DNA from: Clostridia bacterium
GTDB lineage: Bacteria; Bacillota; Clostridia; Oscillospirales; Acutalibacteraceae
NCBI GenBank assembly: GCA_017549285.1
Contig: JAFYVE010000046.1
Span: 2,294 to 66,293, forward strand
Direction: 5' to 3'
DNA: 64,000 bases
Below are positions 25,748-35,307 of the stretch, in pieces. Position numbers and translations under genes: made by a program. Every line of letters starts with the position of its first letter. Position 1 is the stretch's first letter. The notes under the pieces are model-generated. The model was not told the origin of the DNA. It worked only from the letters and a program-made list of their open reading frames with translations, and did not search any database.

Positions 25748-27871
25748 ATGACAGCTGATGAAATGAGAAAATACAGCTTTGAAGCTCTCCCCGAAGGCGG
25801 TTATTCAACAGAGAGTGTTGATGCTTTTGTTGAATCAACAGCAAAGGCTTATGATGAACTCTTTGAAGAAAATAAGGAAATTGTAAGAAGACTTACTATT
25901 TTCGCAAAGAAACTCGATGAATACAAGCGTAACGAAAGTTATATGACAGAAACTCTTCTCACAGCACAGAAAACAGCAGCGCAGACTATTGCGGGTGCTG
26001 AATCTGTTGTTGCAAAGATGATTGAAGCTGCAAAGAATGAAGGCAAGAAAATCATCAACGATGCAAGAGAACGTTCAAACGAAATTTACGTTGACAGAGA
26101 TAAGGTTATTGCCGAAGCAGAAGAAAAAGCAAAAGAGCTTACGGAAAAAGCTGAAAATGCTCTTGCAGAAGCTACTGCAGAAGCAGAAAAAGAAGCTCAG
26201 GTTATTCTTGATAACGCAAATGCTCAGGCAAAGGCAACTGTTGACGGTGCAAAAGCAGGTATCCAGCGCACAATTGACGATATCAACGCAAATGCTGATA
26301 CCGTTATGCGTGAAGCAACAGAAACTGCAGATAAGATTGTTAACGAAGCAGTAGGCAAGGCTCAGGCAACTGTTGATGCTATTATTGCTGATGCAAACAA
26401 GTCAAAAGCAGAAGGTGAAGCTCTCAAGGCAGAAGCTTTTGAGCTTAAAAAAGAAGCTGTTATCTATAAAGAAGAGCAGTATAAGCTTGTTGATGAATAC
26501 AAGGCAGAGCAGCATAAGGCTGTTGATGATTATAAATCAGAACAGACTAAACTTGCTGATGAATATTATGCTCAGCACACAGCTGATGCAGATGCATATA
26601 AGGCAGAGCAGATAAAACTTGCTGATGATTACAGAACAGAGCAGACAAAGCTCACTGATGATTACAGAACAGAGCAGACAAAGCTCGCTGATCTTTACAA
26701 GGCAGAACAGATCAAGTTTGCAAATGAAGAAGCAAAGAACATCAAGAACGATGCAGAAGTTTTTGCAAAAACAGTTACTGCAAAGGCAAAGGCTGCAGCT
26801 GCAGGTATCCTTCTTAAGGCTCAGGCTGATGTGAACAGACTCAATGATGAACTTGCAGAAAGAATGGCTGCGATAAACAGCGCTATTGATGCGGCAGCAG
26901 AGAGATATGCTGCTATCAAGACAATTTCAGACGCTATGTTTGAAAAGCTTGTTGTTGTTGAACCTCTTAATGAAATGCCTTCTGCAGAACATCTCGTTGC
27001 TGACGAAACAGCTTTCACATCAGATTCAGAAGCTCTTGATAAGGCTGTTGCAAATGAAAATATTGAAGGCATACTTCTTTGTTTCGGTATCGATGCAGAC
27101 GAAATGACAAAGGCAACTCAGAAACTCATTGAAGAAGACAAAGAAAAAGAAGCTGCTCAGGAAGAAGCAATTGAAGAAACAACTGAAGAAGTTGCAGAAG
27201 AAGTTGTTGAAGAAGTTGCAGCTCCTGAGGTTCAGGAAGAAGTAACTGAAGAAGTTCAGGAAGAAGCAATTGAAGAAACAGCTGAAGAAGTCCAGGAGGA
27301 AATTCAGGAAGAAGCAGAAGATTTCGAATTTGAACTCGATTTTGACGATGCAGAAGAAATTCCCGAAGCATTCTCCGATGCAGAACCTGAAGCAGAAGAA
27401 GTTATTGAAGAAATAACAGAAGAACCTATTGAAGAAGAAGTTTTCGAAGAGGTTGTTGAAGAAGCTGCAGAAGAATTCGTTGAAGAAGAAATCGAAGTAA
27501 TCATTGAAGAAGAATTTGAAGAACTTCCCGAAGAAGAAACCGAAGAAGTTGTTGAGGAAATTATTGAAGAAGTTGTCGAAGACGATTTTGATGATTCAAT
27601 TTTCGATGATGACTGGGACAACATCGCAGACGATGAAGATGATGTGAAAGTCTTTGTTCCCGAAGTTCCTGCAGAAAATGAAGAAGATGCAGTATTTGCT
27701 TCATTTGAAGAAGTTGACATCAATGACCCCGTTTTCAATGAAGAAACTGCACCTGCAGAAGATTTTGAAATAGATTTCAGTATTTTTGAAGTTGATGAAG
27801 CTAAGAAACAGGCAAGAGAAGTTGAAAGAACCGAATCATTCTCACGCAAAAAGAGAAGAAAGAAAAGATAA
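25748..27871 (+). CDS. DivIVA-domain protein, unusually long (707 aa), with coiled-coil repeats and a poly-acidic tail
   Basis: N-terminal DivIVA motif (MTADEMRKYSFEALPEGGYSTESVDAFVES). It sits in the sepF-divIVA position, followed by long Ala/Lys/Glu coiled coil and a Glu/Val/Ile-rich tail. Confidence 0.8.
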   Translation: MTADEMRKYSFEALPEGGYSTESVDAFVESTAKAYDELFEENKEIVRRLTIFAKKLDEYKRNESYMTETLLTAQKTAAQTIAGAESVVAKMIEAAKNEGKKIINDARERSNEIYVDRDKVIAEAEEKAKELTEKAENALAEATAEAEKEAQVILDNANAQAKATVDGAKAGIQRTIDDINANADTVMREATETADKIVNEAVGKAQATVDAIIADANKSKAEGEALKAEAFELKKEAVIYKEEQYKLVDEYKAEQHKAVDDYKSEQTKLADEYYAQHTADADAYKAEQIKLADDYRTEQTKLTDDYRTEQTKLADLYKAEQIKFANEEAKNIKNDAEVFAKTVTAKAKAAAAGILLKAQADVNRLNDELAERMAAINSAIDAAAERYAAIKTISDAMFEKLVVVEPLNEMPSAEHLVADETAFTSDSEALDKAVANENIEGILLCFGIDADEMTKATQKLIEEDKEKEAAQEEAIEETTEEVAEEVVEEVAAPEVQEEVTEEVQEEAIEETAEEVQEEIQEEAEDFEFELDFDDAEEIPEAFSDAEPEAEEVIEEITEEPIEEEVFEEVVEEAAEEFVEEEIEVIIEEEFEELPEEETEEVVEEIIEEVVEDDFDDSIFDDDWDNIADDEDDVKVFVPEVPAENEEDAVFASFEEVDINDPVFNEETAPAEDFEIDFSIFEVDEAKKQAREVERTESFSRKKRRKKR
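26624..26689 (+). repeat. Tandem 33-bp duplication inside the DivIVA-domain gene
   Basis: 26624-26656 and 26657-26689 differ at one base. They encode DDYRTEQTKLT and DDYRTEQTKLA within a 7 x 11-aa periodic segment. Confidence 0.9.
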
Positions 27872-28386
27872 TGAATAAATCAAAAAAATGGCTTGTTTTC
27901 GGCATTCAGATGGTGTCTGCGGCTGTACTTGTGCTTCTTGATCTGTGGTTTAAGAAACTTGCCGTCGCAAATCTTATGGGCAAAGAAGATGTTGTTCTTA
28001 TAAAAAACTTTCTTGCACTCTCATATGCCGAAAACACAGGTGCCGCATTCAGCATCTTTTCAGATTCAACATTATTCCTGTCAATTGTGACGCTTGTTAT
28101 AATAGTTGCCGGTGTGATTTATCTTATGCTCGGCAAGGTTGAAGGCAGACTTATGAACATCTGTGCAGTTCTTATCCTTGCAGGTGGAGCCGGAAATCTT
28201 GTTGACCGTTTTGCACAGGGGTATGTTGTTGATTATATAAAAACACTTTTTATTGATTTCCCTGTTTTTAATTTTGCCGATATTCTTGTTGTTGTCGGAG
28301 TATTCGTTGTCTGCGGATATCTGATTTATGACATTATCAGGGAAGAAAAACAAAAAAAGAAGGAGAAAGCCGATGGAAAATCTTGA
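27871..28386 (+). CDS. lspA: Lipoprotein signal peptidase (signal peptidase II)
   Basis: ENTGAAFSIF, GGAGNLVDRF, PVFNFADILVV. The ATG shares one base with the upstream TAA. Confidence 0.9.
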   Translation: MNKSKKWLVFGIQMVSAAVLVLLDLWFKKLAVANLMGKEDVVLIKNFLALSYAENTGAAFSIFSDSTLFLSIVTLVIIVAGVIYLMLGKVEGRLMNICAVLILAGGAGNLVDRFAQGYVVDYIKTLFIDFPVFNFADILVVVGVFVVCGYLIYDIIREEKQKKKEKADGKS

Positions 28387-29281
28387 ATTTGTCGTAAATG
28401 AGTCGGGAACAAGACTCGACAAATTCCTTTCTGATAATTCATCCCTTTCCAGAAATGCTGCAACACAGCTTATCGAAGACGGTAAGGTCGCGGTAAACGG
28501 AAAAACTGCGGCAAAAAGCATCAAACTTAAGCAGGGAGATATTGTAACAGCCGAAATTCCCGAGCCCATAGAGCTCGATGTTGTGGCTGAGAATATCCCC
28601 CTTGAAATAGTTTATGAGGACGATGATCTGCTTGTTGTGAACAAGCCCAAGGATATGGTTGTTCACCCTGCCCCCGGAAATTATACCGGTACACTTGTGA
28701 ATGCCCTGATGTATCACTGCGGGGACAGTCTTTCGGGCATAAACGGAGTAATCCGTCCCGGCATTGTCCACAGAATTGACAAGGACACAAGTGGACTGCT
28801 TATCGTTGCAAAAAATGATAAAGCGCACATTTCCCTTGCTTCTCAGATTCAGGAGCACTCATTCACAAGGGAATACGAAGCCGTTGTTGTGGGTAATTTC
28901 AGAGAAGATAACGGTACAATTGACCGACCTCTCGGCAGAAGTCCACACGACAGAAAAAAACAGGCAATAAACGGGCTCAATCCCCGTAATGCCGTCACTC
29001 ATTATGAAGTTATCGAAAGATTTACGGGCTTCTGTCGTTGCAGATTTCGTCTTGAAACGGGCAGGACTCATCAGATAAGAGTCCATGCCGCATCAATGGG
29101 GCACCCCGTTGCTGGCGACACCGTTTACGGCGACGCAAAACACACTTACGGACTGCAGGGACAATGCCTCCACGCAAGAAAAATCGGATTTATACATCCC
29201 GCAACAGGGGAGTATATGGAGTTCACATCCGATTTGCCCGAGTATTTTACGCAGTTTCTTGAAAAGTTAAAAAAGATATGA
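28373..29281 (+). CDS. rluD: RluA-family 23S rRNA pseudouridine synthase (RluD-like)
   Basis: S4 domain (RLDKFL), HRIDKDTSGLLIVAKN, TGRTHQIRVH. ATG 28373 follows GGAGAAAG and overlaps lspA by 14 nt. Confidence 0.88.
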   Translation: MENLEFVVNESGTRLDKFLSDNSSLSRNAATQLIEDGKVAVNGKTAAKSIKLKQGDIVTAEIPEPIELDVVAENIPLEIVYEDDDLLVVNKPKDMVVHPAPGNYTGTLVNALMYHCGDSLSGINGVIRPGIVHRIDKDTSGLLIVAKNDKAHISLASQIQEHSFTREYEAVVVGNFREDNGTIDRPLGRSPHDRKKQAINGLNPRNAVTHYEVIERFTGFCRCRFRLETGRTHQIRVHAASMGHPVAGDTVYGDAKHTYGLQGQCLHARKIGFIHPATGEYMEFTSDLPEYFTQFLEKLKKI

Positions 29282-30123
29282 AAATGAAACACCTTTTCGG
29301 TCTTGTCGGTTCTGCAGGGGCAGTTGCTCTCGGTTGTGCCGCATATTCCGAACTCGCAATCAGAACAACAGAATATTCACTCACTACGGGTAAAACCGAT
29401 TGCCCTCTGACCGTTACGGTACTCAGCGATCTGCATTTTTCCGTTTTCGGTAAGGATAACTGCCGTCTTGTGAAGACTGTCAGAAACACTAATCCCGATG
29501 TTATTCTTCTTGCCGGTGACTTCTTTGACTACCACCACGGCAAGACAAACACCGACCGTGTTGTAAAAACGCTGAAAGCACTCTGTGAGGTTGCTCCCGT
29601 ATATATGACACCGGGCAATCACGACAAACGTTATGATGTGCAGACCGGTGACGATTTCAGAAAACACGCTGAAAATTCGGGCGTTACGGTCCTTGACGGT
29701 GAGATTACAGATAATGAAATAAAAGGGCAGAAAGTGCGTCTGGGCGGTATTTTTGACCACAGCGTCTATCTTGAAGACTACGGTGACCGATGGAAGACTT
29801 CGCCTGTTTATGAATATCTCAAAGAATTTGAAAAATCAGATGGTCTTAAACTTCTGATGATGCACAGACCTAATACTTTTATATATACAAACGACAAATG
29901 GGACATCGATGCCGTTTTCTGCGGTCATGACCACGGAGGAATATGGCAGATTCCTCTTTTCGGCGGTGTTTATGCTCCCGAGCAGGGTTTCCTTCCCGAA
30001 TATTACAAAGGCGAACACGACCTCTGCGGAACAAAAATGTTCCTCTCCACAGGTCTTGAGGGGTATTATATCGTCCCCCGACTTTTTAACAGGGTGGAAA
30101 TACTTAAAATTACGGTAAAATAG
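29278..30123 (+). CDS. Metallophosphoesterase (YkuE-like)
   Basis: LSDLHF, GDFFD, GNHDK, GHDHGG. ATGA overlap with rluD. Confidence 0.75.
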   Translation: MKMKHLFGLVGSAGAVALGCAAYSELAIRTTEYSLTTGKTDCPLTVTVLSDLHFSVFGKDNCRLVKTVRNTNPDVILLAGDFFDYHHGKTNTDRVVKTLKALCEVAPVYMTPGNHDKRYDVQTGDDFRKHAENSGVTVLDGEITDNEIKGQKVRLGGIFDHSVYLEDYGDRWKTSPVYEYLKEFEKSDGLKLLMMHRPNTFIYTNDKWDIDAVFCGHDHGGIWQIPLFGGVYAPEQGFLPEYYKGEHDLCGTKMFLSTGLEGYYIVPRLFNRVEILKITVK

Positions 30124-30132
30124 GTGAAAGAA

Positions 30133-31188
30133 ATGGAAGATAAGAAGGTCTACAGTAATATTGACTTATTAAAGTTCATTTTTTCATTTTTTATCGTAAT
30201 GATTCATACAAATATTTTTGCCGATGTAAACCCGACTGTAGATTATATTTTCGGTAATATAATTACAAGAATTGCCGTACCTTTTTTCTTCATTTCAAGC
30301 GGATTCTTCTTTGCAAAGAGTTTTGAATACAATAAACAGAAAAAAGTTGCAGGAACAAAGACAAATTTCAAAAGACTCAGAAAAACCGAGTGGCGTATAA
30401 TTCTTCTTTATGCAGTCTGGTCTTTCATTTATCTTTTTATCGCATTGTCCGTGAATTATGACGGTTGGAGCATAAATAATATTGTTGATTATGTGATTAC
30501 ATCGGTTGTCAGATGTTCTTACTATCATTTATGGTATGTCTATGCTCTTGTTTTTGCTTGTCCGATACTTTATTTCTTTATGAGGCATCTGAATCCCAAG
30601 GCAGTTGCGGGAATTTGCATTTCTTTTTATCTTACAGGTGTTTTCGTTAACAGTTATGCATATCTTCTGCCTTTGCAGGGAATGACTTCATTCTTTGAAA
30701 GAATCAGCGGAGTAACCGGTTATTATCTTGTTTCAAACATACTTTTCAGAGCACTCCCTCTTATGTGGCTCGGAGTTTTTGTTGCAAGGCACAGAAAGAA
30801 ACCGAATAAGCTTCTTTGTCTTATGGGTGCAGTATTATGTTTCGGAATGTATTTTGCAGAAAATATTATGCTTAATAATTTTTCAAACGGAAAAGCCGCA
30901 GGGCATTACCTTATTTTCTCAGCTCTTTGTGTTTATTTTGTTTTCCTTTGTGCCGTACAGTTTAAAAAATCCGTTAACAGGGAAAACGGCATCAGGCTCC
31001 GTAAAATGAGTACCGTTATATATTGTCTTCACGTAATGATTCAATTGTTATTAAGCAATTATCTTATTCCGTCAATTAATTCTTTTGTTCTCTTTTTGCT
31101 TACAAGCATTATAACTGCAGGTCTTTCTGTTGCAATTGTTTTGCTGTCAGAAAAAAGAAAGCTTAAGTTTTTGAAATATTTATATTAA
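30133..31188 (+). CDS. Acyltransferase family 3 integral membrane protein
   Basis: About 10 TM segments. The N-terminal IDLLKFIFSFFIVMIHT pattern is typical of acyltransferase_3. ATG 30133 follows AGGTGA. Confidence 0.6.
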   Translation: MEDKKVYSNIDLLKFIFSFFIVMIHTNIFADVNPTVDYIFGNIITRIAVPFFFISSGFFFAKSFEYNKQKKVAGTKTNFKRLRKTEWRIILLYAVWSFIYLFIALSVNYDGWSINNIVDYVITSVVRCSYYHLWYVYALVFACPILYFFMRHLNPKAVAGICISFYLTGVFVNSYAYLLPLQGMTSFFERISGVTGYYLVSNILFRALPLMWLGVFVARHRKKPNKLLCLMGAVLCFGMYFAENIMLNNFSNGKAAGHYLIFSALCVYFVFLCAVQFKKSVNRENGIRLRKMSTVIYCLHVMIQLLLSNYLIPSINSFVLFLLTSIITAGLSVAIVLLSEKRKLKFLKYLY

Positions 31189-31223
31189 TACGAACATTAT
31201 GCTTTTATCATAGGAGTGATAAT

Positions 31224-32066
31224 ATGGACGCTAACGTAAAAAAACAGCTTCTTCTCGATGCAGTCAATATCCGTAAGGGTATCATCGAGGGGACATTCAA
31301 TGCAAAATCAGGTCATCCCGGCGGTTCACTTTCAATCGCAGATGTTCTTGCCTTCCTTTACAGATGCGAACTCAGAGTTGACGCATCTGCACCCAAGGCA
31401 GAGAACAGGGACAGGCTTGTTCTTTCAAAAGGTCACGCAGCCCCCGCACTTTATGCAGCTCTTGCAAATGCAGGTTTCTTCCCCGTGGAAGACCTCAAAA
31501 CTCTCAGAAAGAGTAATTCATACCTTCAGGGCCATCCCAATATGAACTATGTTCCCGGCGTTGATATGAGCACAGGTTCACTCGGTCAGGGAATTTCAGC
31601 TGCGGCAGGTATGGCTCTCGGTTCAAAGTTCTCAGGCGATGCTTTCAGAGTTTATGCAATTCTTGGTGACGGTGAAATTCAGGAAGGTCAGGTATGGGAA
31701 GCAGCAATGTTTGCCGCTGCAAAGAAACTTGATAACTTCGTTGCAATCGTTGATAACAACAACCTTCAGATTGACGGTACTGTTGAACAGGTCAACTCAC
31801 CCTATCCCATTGATGAAAAGTTTGCAGCATTCGGCTGGAATGTAATTAATATAAACGGCCATTGTTTTGATGAAATTGAAAATGCTTTTGCACAGGCTAA
31901 GGAATGCAAGGGCAAACCCACAGCAATCATTATGAAGACCACAAAGGGCAAGGGCGTTTCATTTATGGAAAATCAGGTTTCATGGCACGGTGCTGCTCCC
32001 AATGCAGAGCAGTATGCACAGGCTATGGCAGAACTTGATGCAGCAAAAACAGAAGTGGAGGGCTGA
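31224..32066 (+). CDS. Transketolase, N-terminal (TPP-binding) subunit
   Basis: GHPGGSLS, SKGHAAPALYA, GSLGQGIS, GDGEIQEGQVWEA. Split-gene arrangement with the next ORF. Confidence 0.92.
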   Translation: MDANVKKQLLLDAVNIRKGIIEGTFNAKSGHPGGSLSIADVLAFLYRCELRVDASAPKAENRDRLVLSKGHAAPALYAALANAGFFPVEDLKTLRKSNSYLQGHPNMNYVPGVDMSTGSLGQGISAAAGMALGSKFSGDAFRVYAILGDGEIQEGQVWEAAMFAAAKKLDNFVAIVDNNNLQIDGTVEQVNSPYPIDEKFAAFGWNVININGHCFDEIENAFAQAKECKGKPTAIIMKTTKGKGVSFMENQVSWHGAAPNAEQYAQAMAELDAAKTEVEG

Positions 32067-32068
32067 TT

Positions 32069-33016
32069 ATGGCAGATGTAATTAAAACAGCAACAAGAGA
32101 TGCCTACGGTAAGGCTCTCGTTGAACTCGGACAGAAAAATGATAAGGTTATCGTTTTTGATGCTGACCTTGCAGCAGCAACAAAGACAGGTATGTTCAAA
32201 AAAGAATTCCCCGAAAGATTTATCGACTGCGGTATTGCAGAAGGTAATATGATGGGTGTTGCCGCAGGTATGGCAACAGCAGGGTACACAGTTTTTGCAT
32301 CTTCATTCGCAATGTTTGCCGCAGGCAGAGCATTCGAACAGGTCAGAAACACAATCGGCTATCCTCATATCAATGTTAAAATCGGTGCAACTCATGCAGG
32401 TATCTCAGTCGGCGAAGACGGTGCAAGCCATCAGTGCTGTGAAGATATCGCACTTATGAGAACAATTCCCGGTATGACAATCATCAATCCTGCAGACGAT
32501 GTTGAAGCAAGACTTGCATTTATGGCAGCCGCTGAAATTGACGGCCCCGTTTATATGCGATTCGGCAGACTTGCAGTGCCCAGAATTTTCGACGAAAATT
32601 ACAAGTTTGAAATCGGCAAGGGCGTTTACCTCAAAGAAGGTAAGGATGTAACAATCATCGCAACAGGTCTTATGGTTGAAAGAGCACTTCAGGCTGCAGA
32701 AATGCTCGCTGCAGAAGGCATTGATGCCGCTGTTATCAATATGGCAACAATCAAGCCCATCGATAAGGATATCATTGTTGATGCGGCAAAGAAGACAGGC
32801 GCAATTGTTACAGCAGAAGAACACAGCGTAATCGGCGGTCTCGGTGAAGCTGTTGCAGCTGTTGTTGCAGAAACAAAGCCCGTGCCCGTACTCAGAGTCG
32901 GTGTTGAAGACACATTCGGTAAGTCAGGTCCTGCACTTGAGCTTCTCGAAATCTACGGTCTTAATGCAGAAAATATCTGCAAAAAGGCAATTCAGGCAAT
33001 GGAAAACAAACAATAA
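32069..33016 (+). CDS. Transketolase, C-terminal (pyrimidine-binding) subunit
   Basis: FIDCGIAEGNMMGVAAG, HAGISVGEDGASHQ, EEHSVIGGLG. The stop TAA lies inside repeat copy B. Confidence 0.92.
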   Translation: MADVIKTATRDAYGKALVELGQKNDKVIVFDADLAAATKTGMFKKEFPERFIDCGIAEGNMMGVAAGMATAGYTVFASSFAMFAAGRAFEQVRNTIGYPHINVKIGATHAGISVGEDGASHQCCEDIALMRTIPGMTIINPADDVEARLAFMAAAEIDGPVYMRFGRLAVPRIFDENYKFEIGKGVYLKEGKDVTIIATGLMVERALQAAEMLAAEGIDAAVINMATIKPIDKDIIVDAAKKTGAIVTAEEHSVIGGLGEAVAAVVAETKPVPVLRVGVEDTFGKSGPALELLEIYGLNAENICKKAIQAMENKQ

Positions 33017-33190
33017 TTTGTCGAGGTACCCTCGACAAATTACAAAGTGAGGAGTTAGGAATGATGAGTGAGGAGTGAAGGAAGGGGCAAGCCCCTTAAA
33101 CCCCGATTTTATAATCCAAGTCCGCAGGGCTTCCGAAACTCCTAACTCCTAACTCCACACTCCTAACTATTCCGATAAATTCTGATTTAT
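33009..33190 (+). repeat. Structured intergenic element, copy B (~182 bp)
   Basis: See copy A. The outer hairpin aatttgtcgagg-tac-cctcgacaaatt is perfect and differs from copy A by paired changes. Confidence 0.85.
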
Positions 33191-33221
33191 CAACTAAACT
33201 ATATTATTCTCGGTGATTAAA

Positions 33222-34040
33222 ATGTCAAAAGTATTAAACGCAAATTTTTTCAATGAATTTATTGATATGGTTGACCTCTGCTGTCAGCTCGGCTGGAATG
33301 AGCGAAACGGCGGTAATATGTCATACCGTGTTGCAACTGAAGATATTGATGCGATAAAGGATGAATTTACCTTTGAAAAACCCTGGACATCAATAGGCGT
33401 TACTGTTGCAAACCTTGCAAATGAGTATTTCCTTGTAACAGGCAGCGGAAAATATTTCCGTTACACAAAGGCTGAGCCTGAAAAGAGCGTATGCATTGCA
33501 CAGCTTGATGAAAAAGGTGAAAACTACAGAATCGTATGGGGACTTGTTGAGGGTGGCAGACCCACAAGTGAATTCCCCACACATCTTCTCAATCACTCTG
33601 TTAAGTTTGACATCACAGGCGGCAAGCACAGACTCGTTATGCACGTGCATCCCGTCAACACAATCGCTCTCACATTTGTCCTTCCTCAGAATGACAAGGA
33701 CTTCACACGTGAAATCTGGGATATGATGCCTGAATGTGCGGTTGTATTCCCCAGAGGTATCGGTATTCTTCCCCTTATGCTTACGGGCAGTATCGACATC
33801 GCAAAGGCAACGGCAGAAAAGTTCAAAGAATATGACGTTGTTGTATGGTCAATGCACGGTATTTTCAGCTCAGGTGAAAATTTCAGAGATGTTTTCGGCA
33901 TAATCGAAACAGTTGAAAAAGCAGCGGAAATTCTTGTAAAAGTAATTTCTATGGGCGGCAAAAAGGTGCGTCCTACAGCTCAGGAAATCATTGATGTGTG
34001 CGAAGAATACAATCTTGACATCAATAAAGCCCTGCTCTGA
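33222..34040 (+). CDS. rhaD: Rhamnulose-1-phosphate aldolase (class II aldolase)
   Basis: Collinear with E. coli RhaD from memory: GWNERNGGN, VTGSGKYFR, PTSEFPTHL, VFPRGIGILP, HGIFSSG, VEKAAEILVKV. Confidence 0.85.
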   Translation: MSKVLNANFFNEFIDMVDLCCQLGWNERNGGNMSYRVATEDIDAIKDEFTFEKPWTSIGVTVANLANEYFLVTGSGKYFRYTKAEPEKSVCIAQLDEKGENYRIVWGLVEGGRPTSEFPTHLLNHSVKFDITGGKHRLVMHVHPVNTIALTFVLPQNDKDFTREIWDMMPECAVVFPRGIGILPLMLTGSIDIAKATAEKFKEYDVVVWSMHGIFSSGENFRDVFGIIETVEKAAEILVKVISMGGKKVRPTAQEIIDVCEEYNLDINKALL

Positions 34041-34141
34041 TAAAAAATTAAAATTTTACTTGTAAAATATACAAAAACATCTTGTTATTTTTATTTGAAT
34101 ATGTTAAAATTACAAGTACTATAAATGAATGGGTGATATGA

Positions 34142-34951
34142 ATGGCATCTTTTTGTCCCAAATGCGGCTATAGGCTGTCAATGACCGATATTAAACCTGA
34201 GTGTCCCGTCTGCGGTGTCAATCTGGTTTATTACGGAATGGAAGAAAGTCTTAATAAGGAAGCTGACAGAGCTGAATTTGAACATGCTGCAGGTCAGCCT
34301 GCGATGGACAGATTTAAATTTTCAACAATCGGCCATCCTCTTTCTATCATAAGAATGATTCTCAGCATTCTTCCCCTTGTTGCAACACTTGCACCTATGG
34401 GTAAGGTTGCAGTTTCACTTCCTTTCTTTCAGGAAACAACAACAATCAATATTGTTTCAATTGTAACAAAAGTATTTATGGCGCTTGATATTGACCATAT
34501 GCTTGCAATGGTCGGTTCAGAAATGGTCGGCAAGGCATACATCTTCTATCTTGTTGCTCTTGTCGGTCTTGTCGGTATAGTAATCACAGCGATTGTCAAC
34601 ATTGTCAATATGATGTTCGCAACTGCAAAAAAAGGCATAAAGAGATATATTTCAACTGCAATTGCAGGTATTGTGTTCACAGTTATCGGCACAGTTGGTC
34701 TCGCAATGTGGCTTTCAGGTGTTACAGCAGCTGTTCCCGAAGTCTTCAACGGCACCTTTATGATCTGGGGTACACTCTGCATAATCCTTACTTTTGTTCT
34801 TGAAATCGTTATCAGCGTTATCTATCTCAAGAAAGACATTCAGGTTAAGTATAAGGATATGTCAATGTATCTTCTTTCATATGAAGAACGCAAAAAGATT
34901 CAGGAAGAAAAAGAAACTGAGGAAGTTGTTGCTGAAAAAGCAGAAGCTTAA
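34142..34951 (+). CDS. Zinc-ribbon membrane protein, function unknown
   Basis: CPKCGYRL..(11)..CPVCG at the N-terminus, then about 5 TM segments and an acidic tail. Confidence 0.6.
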   Translation: MASFCPKCGYRLSMTDIKPECPVCGVNLVYYGMEESLNKEADRAEFEHAAGQPAMDRFKFSTIGHPLSIIRMILSILPLVATLAPMGKVAVSLPFFQETTTINIVSIVTKVFMALDIDHMLAMVGSEMVGKAYIFYLVALVGLVGIVITAIVNIVNMMFATAKKGIKRYISTAIAGIVFTVIGTVGLAMWLSGVTAAVPEVFNGTFMIWGTLCIILTFVLEIVISVIYLKKDIQVKYKDMSMYLLSYEERKKIQEEKETEEVVAEKAEA

Positions 34952-34962
34952 AGATTAATAAC

Positions 34963-34994
34963 AAACGGGGCAGTTAAACTGCCCCGTTTTTTTT
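34963..34994. terminator. Bidirectional terminator
   Basis: Stem aaacggggcag/ctgccccgttt followed by T8; an A-rich run lies on the other side. Confidence 0.85.
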
Positions 34995-34996
34995 GT

Positions 34997-35269
34997 TCAG
35001 TTTTCTCCATCTTCGTATTTATTCCATCTCAGCTTTGCATTTTCTCTGTTCTTGTTACATATATTTTCATATTTCTCCCTGTCTTTGTCAAGTGATTCTT
35101 TTATCATCTGAAAAACAAGCAACGTTTTATCTGTTAAAAATTCAGGAAACACTCTTTCTTTTTCATAATAAAAGATTCCTCTGAGAACAAGCCCTATTTC
35201 TTCATTTGTCAGAAGCCTGAACCAGTTCCAGTAATCGTGATATAAAACGAATGACTTTTTTGTTTTCAT
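34997..35269 (-). CDS. Phage-type DUF6291/Lin1244-N-like small protein
   Basis: FVLYHDYWNWFRLLTNEEIGLVLRGIFYYE...LDKDREKYENICNKNRENAKLRW follows the pattern of phage replisome-organiser N-terminal domains. RBS GAGGAG. Confidence 0.55.
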   Translation of the reverse strand: MKTKKSFVLYHDYWNWFRLLTNEEIGLVLRGIFYYEKERVFPEFLTDKTLLVFQMIKESLDKDREKYENICNKNRENAKLRWNKYEDGEN

Positions 35270-35307
35270 AACATCAACTCCTCTGATAAGCAGTATATCT
35301 GTTATTA

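Noticed and set aside
27304-27849. 181-aa Ser-rich ORF on the - strand, plus other out-of-frame ORFs at 26022-26354, 26373-26615, 26619-26834, 26821-27072 and 27126-27371.
   Set aside because: All lie inside the DivIVA-domain gene. The GAA/GCA-rich low-complexity coding sequence keeps several frames open by composition. They have no RBS and give homopolymer-like products.
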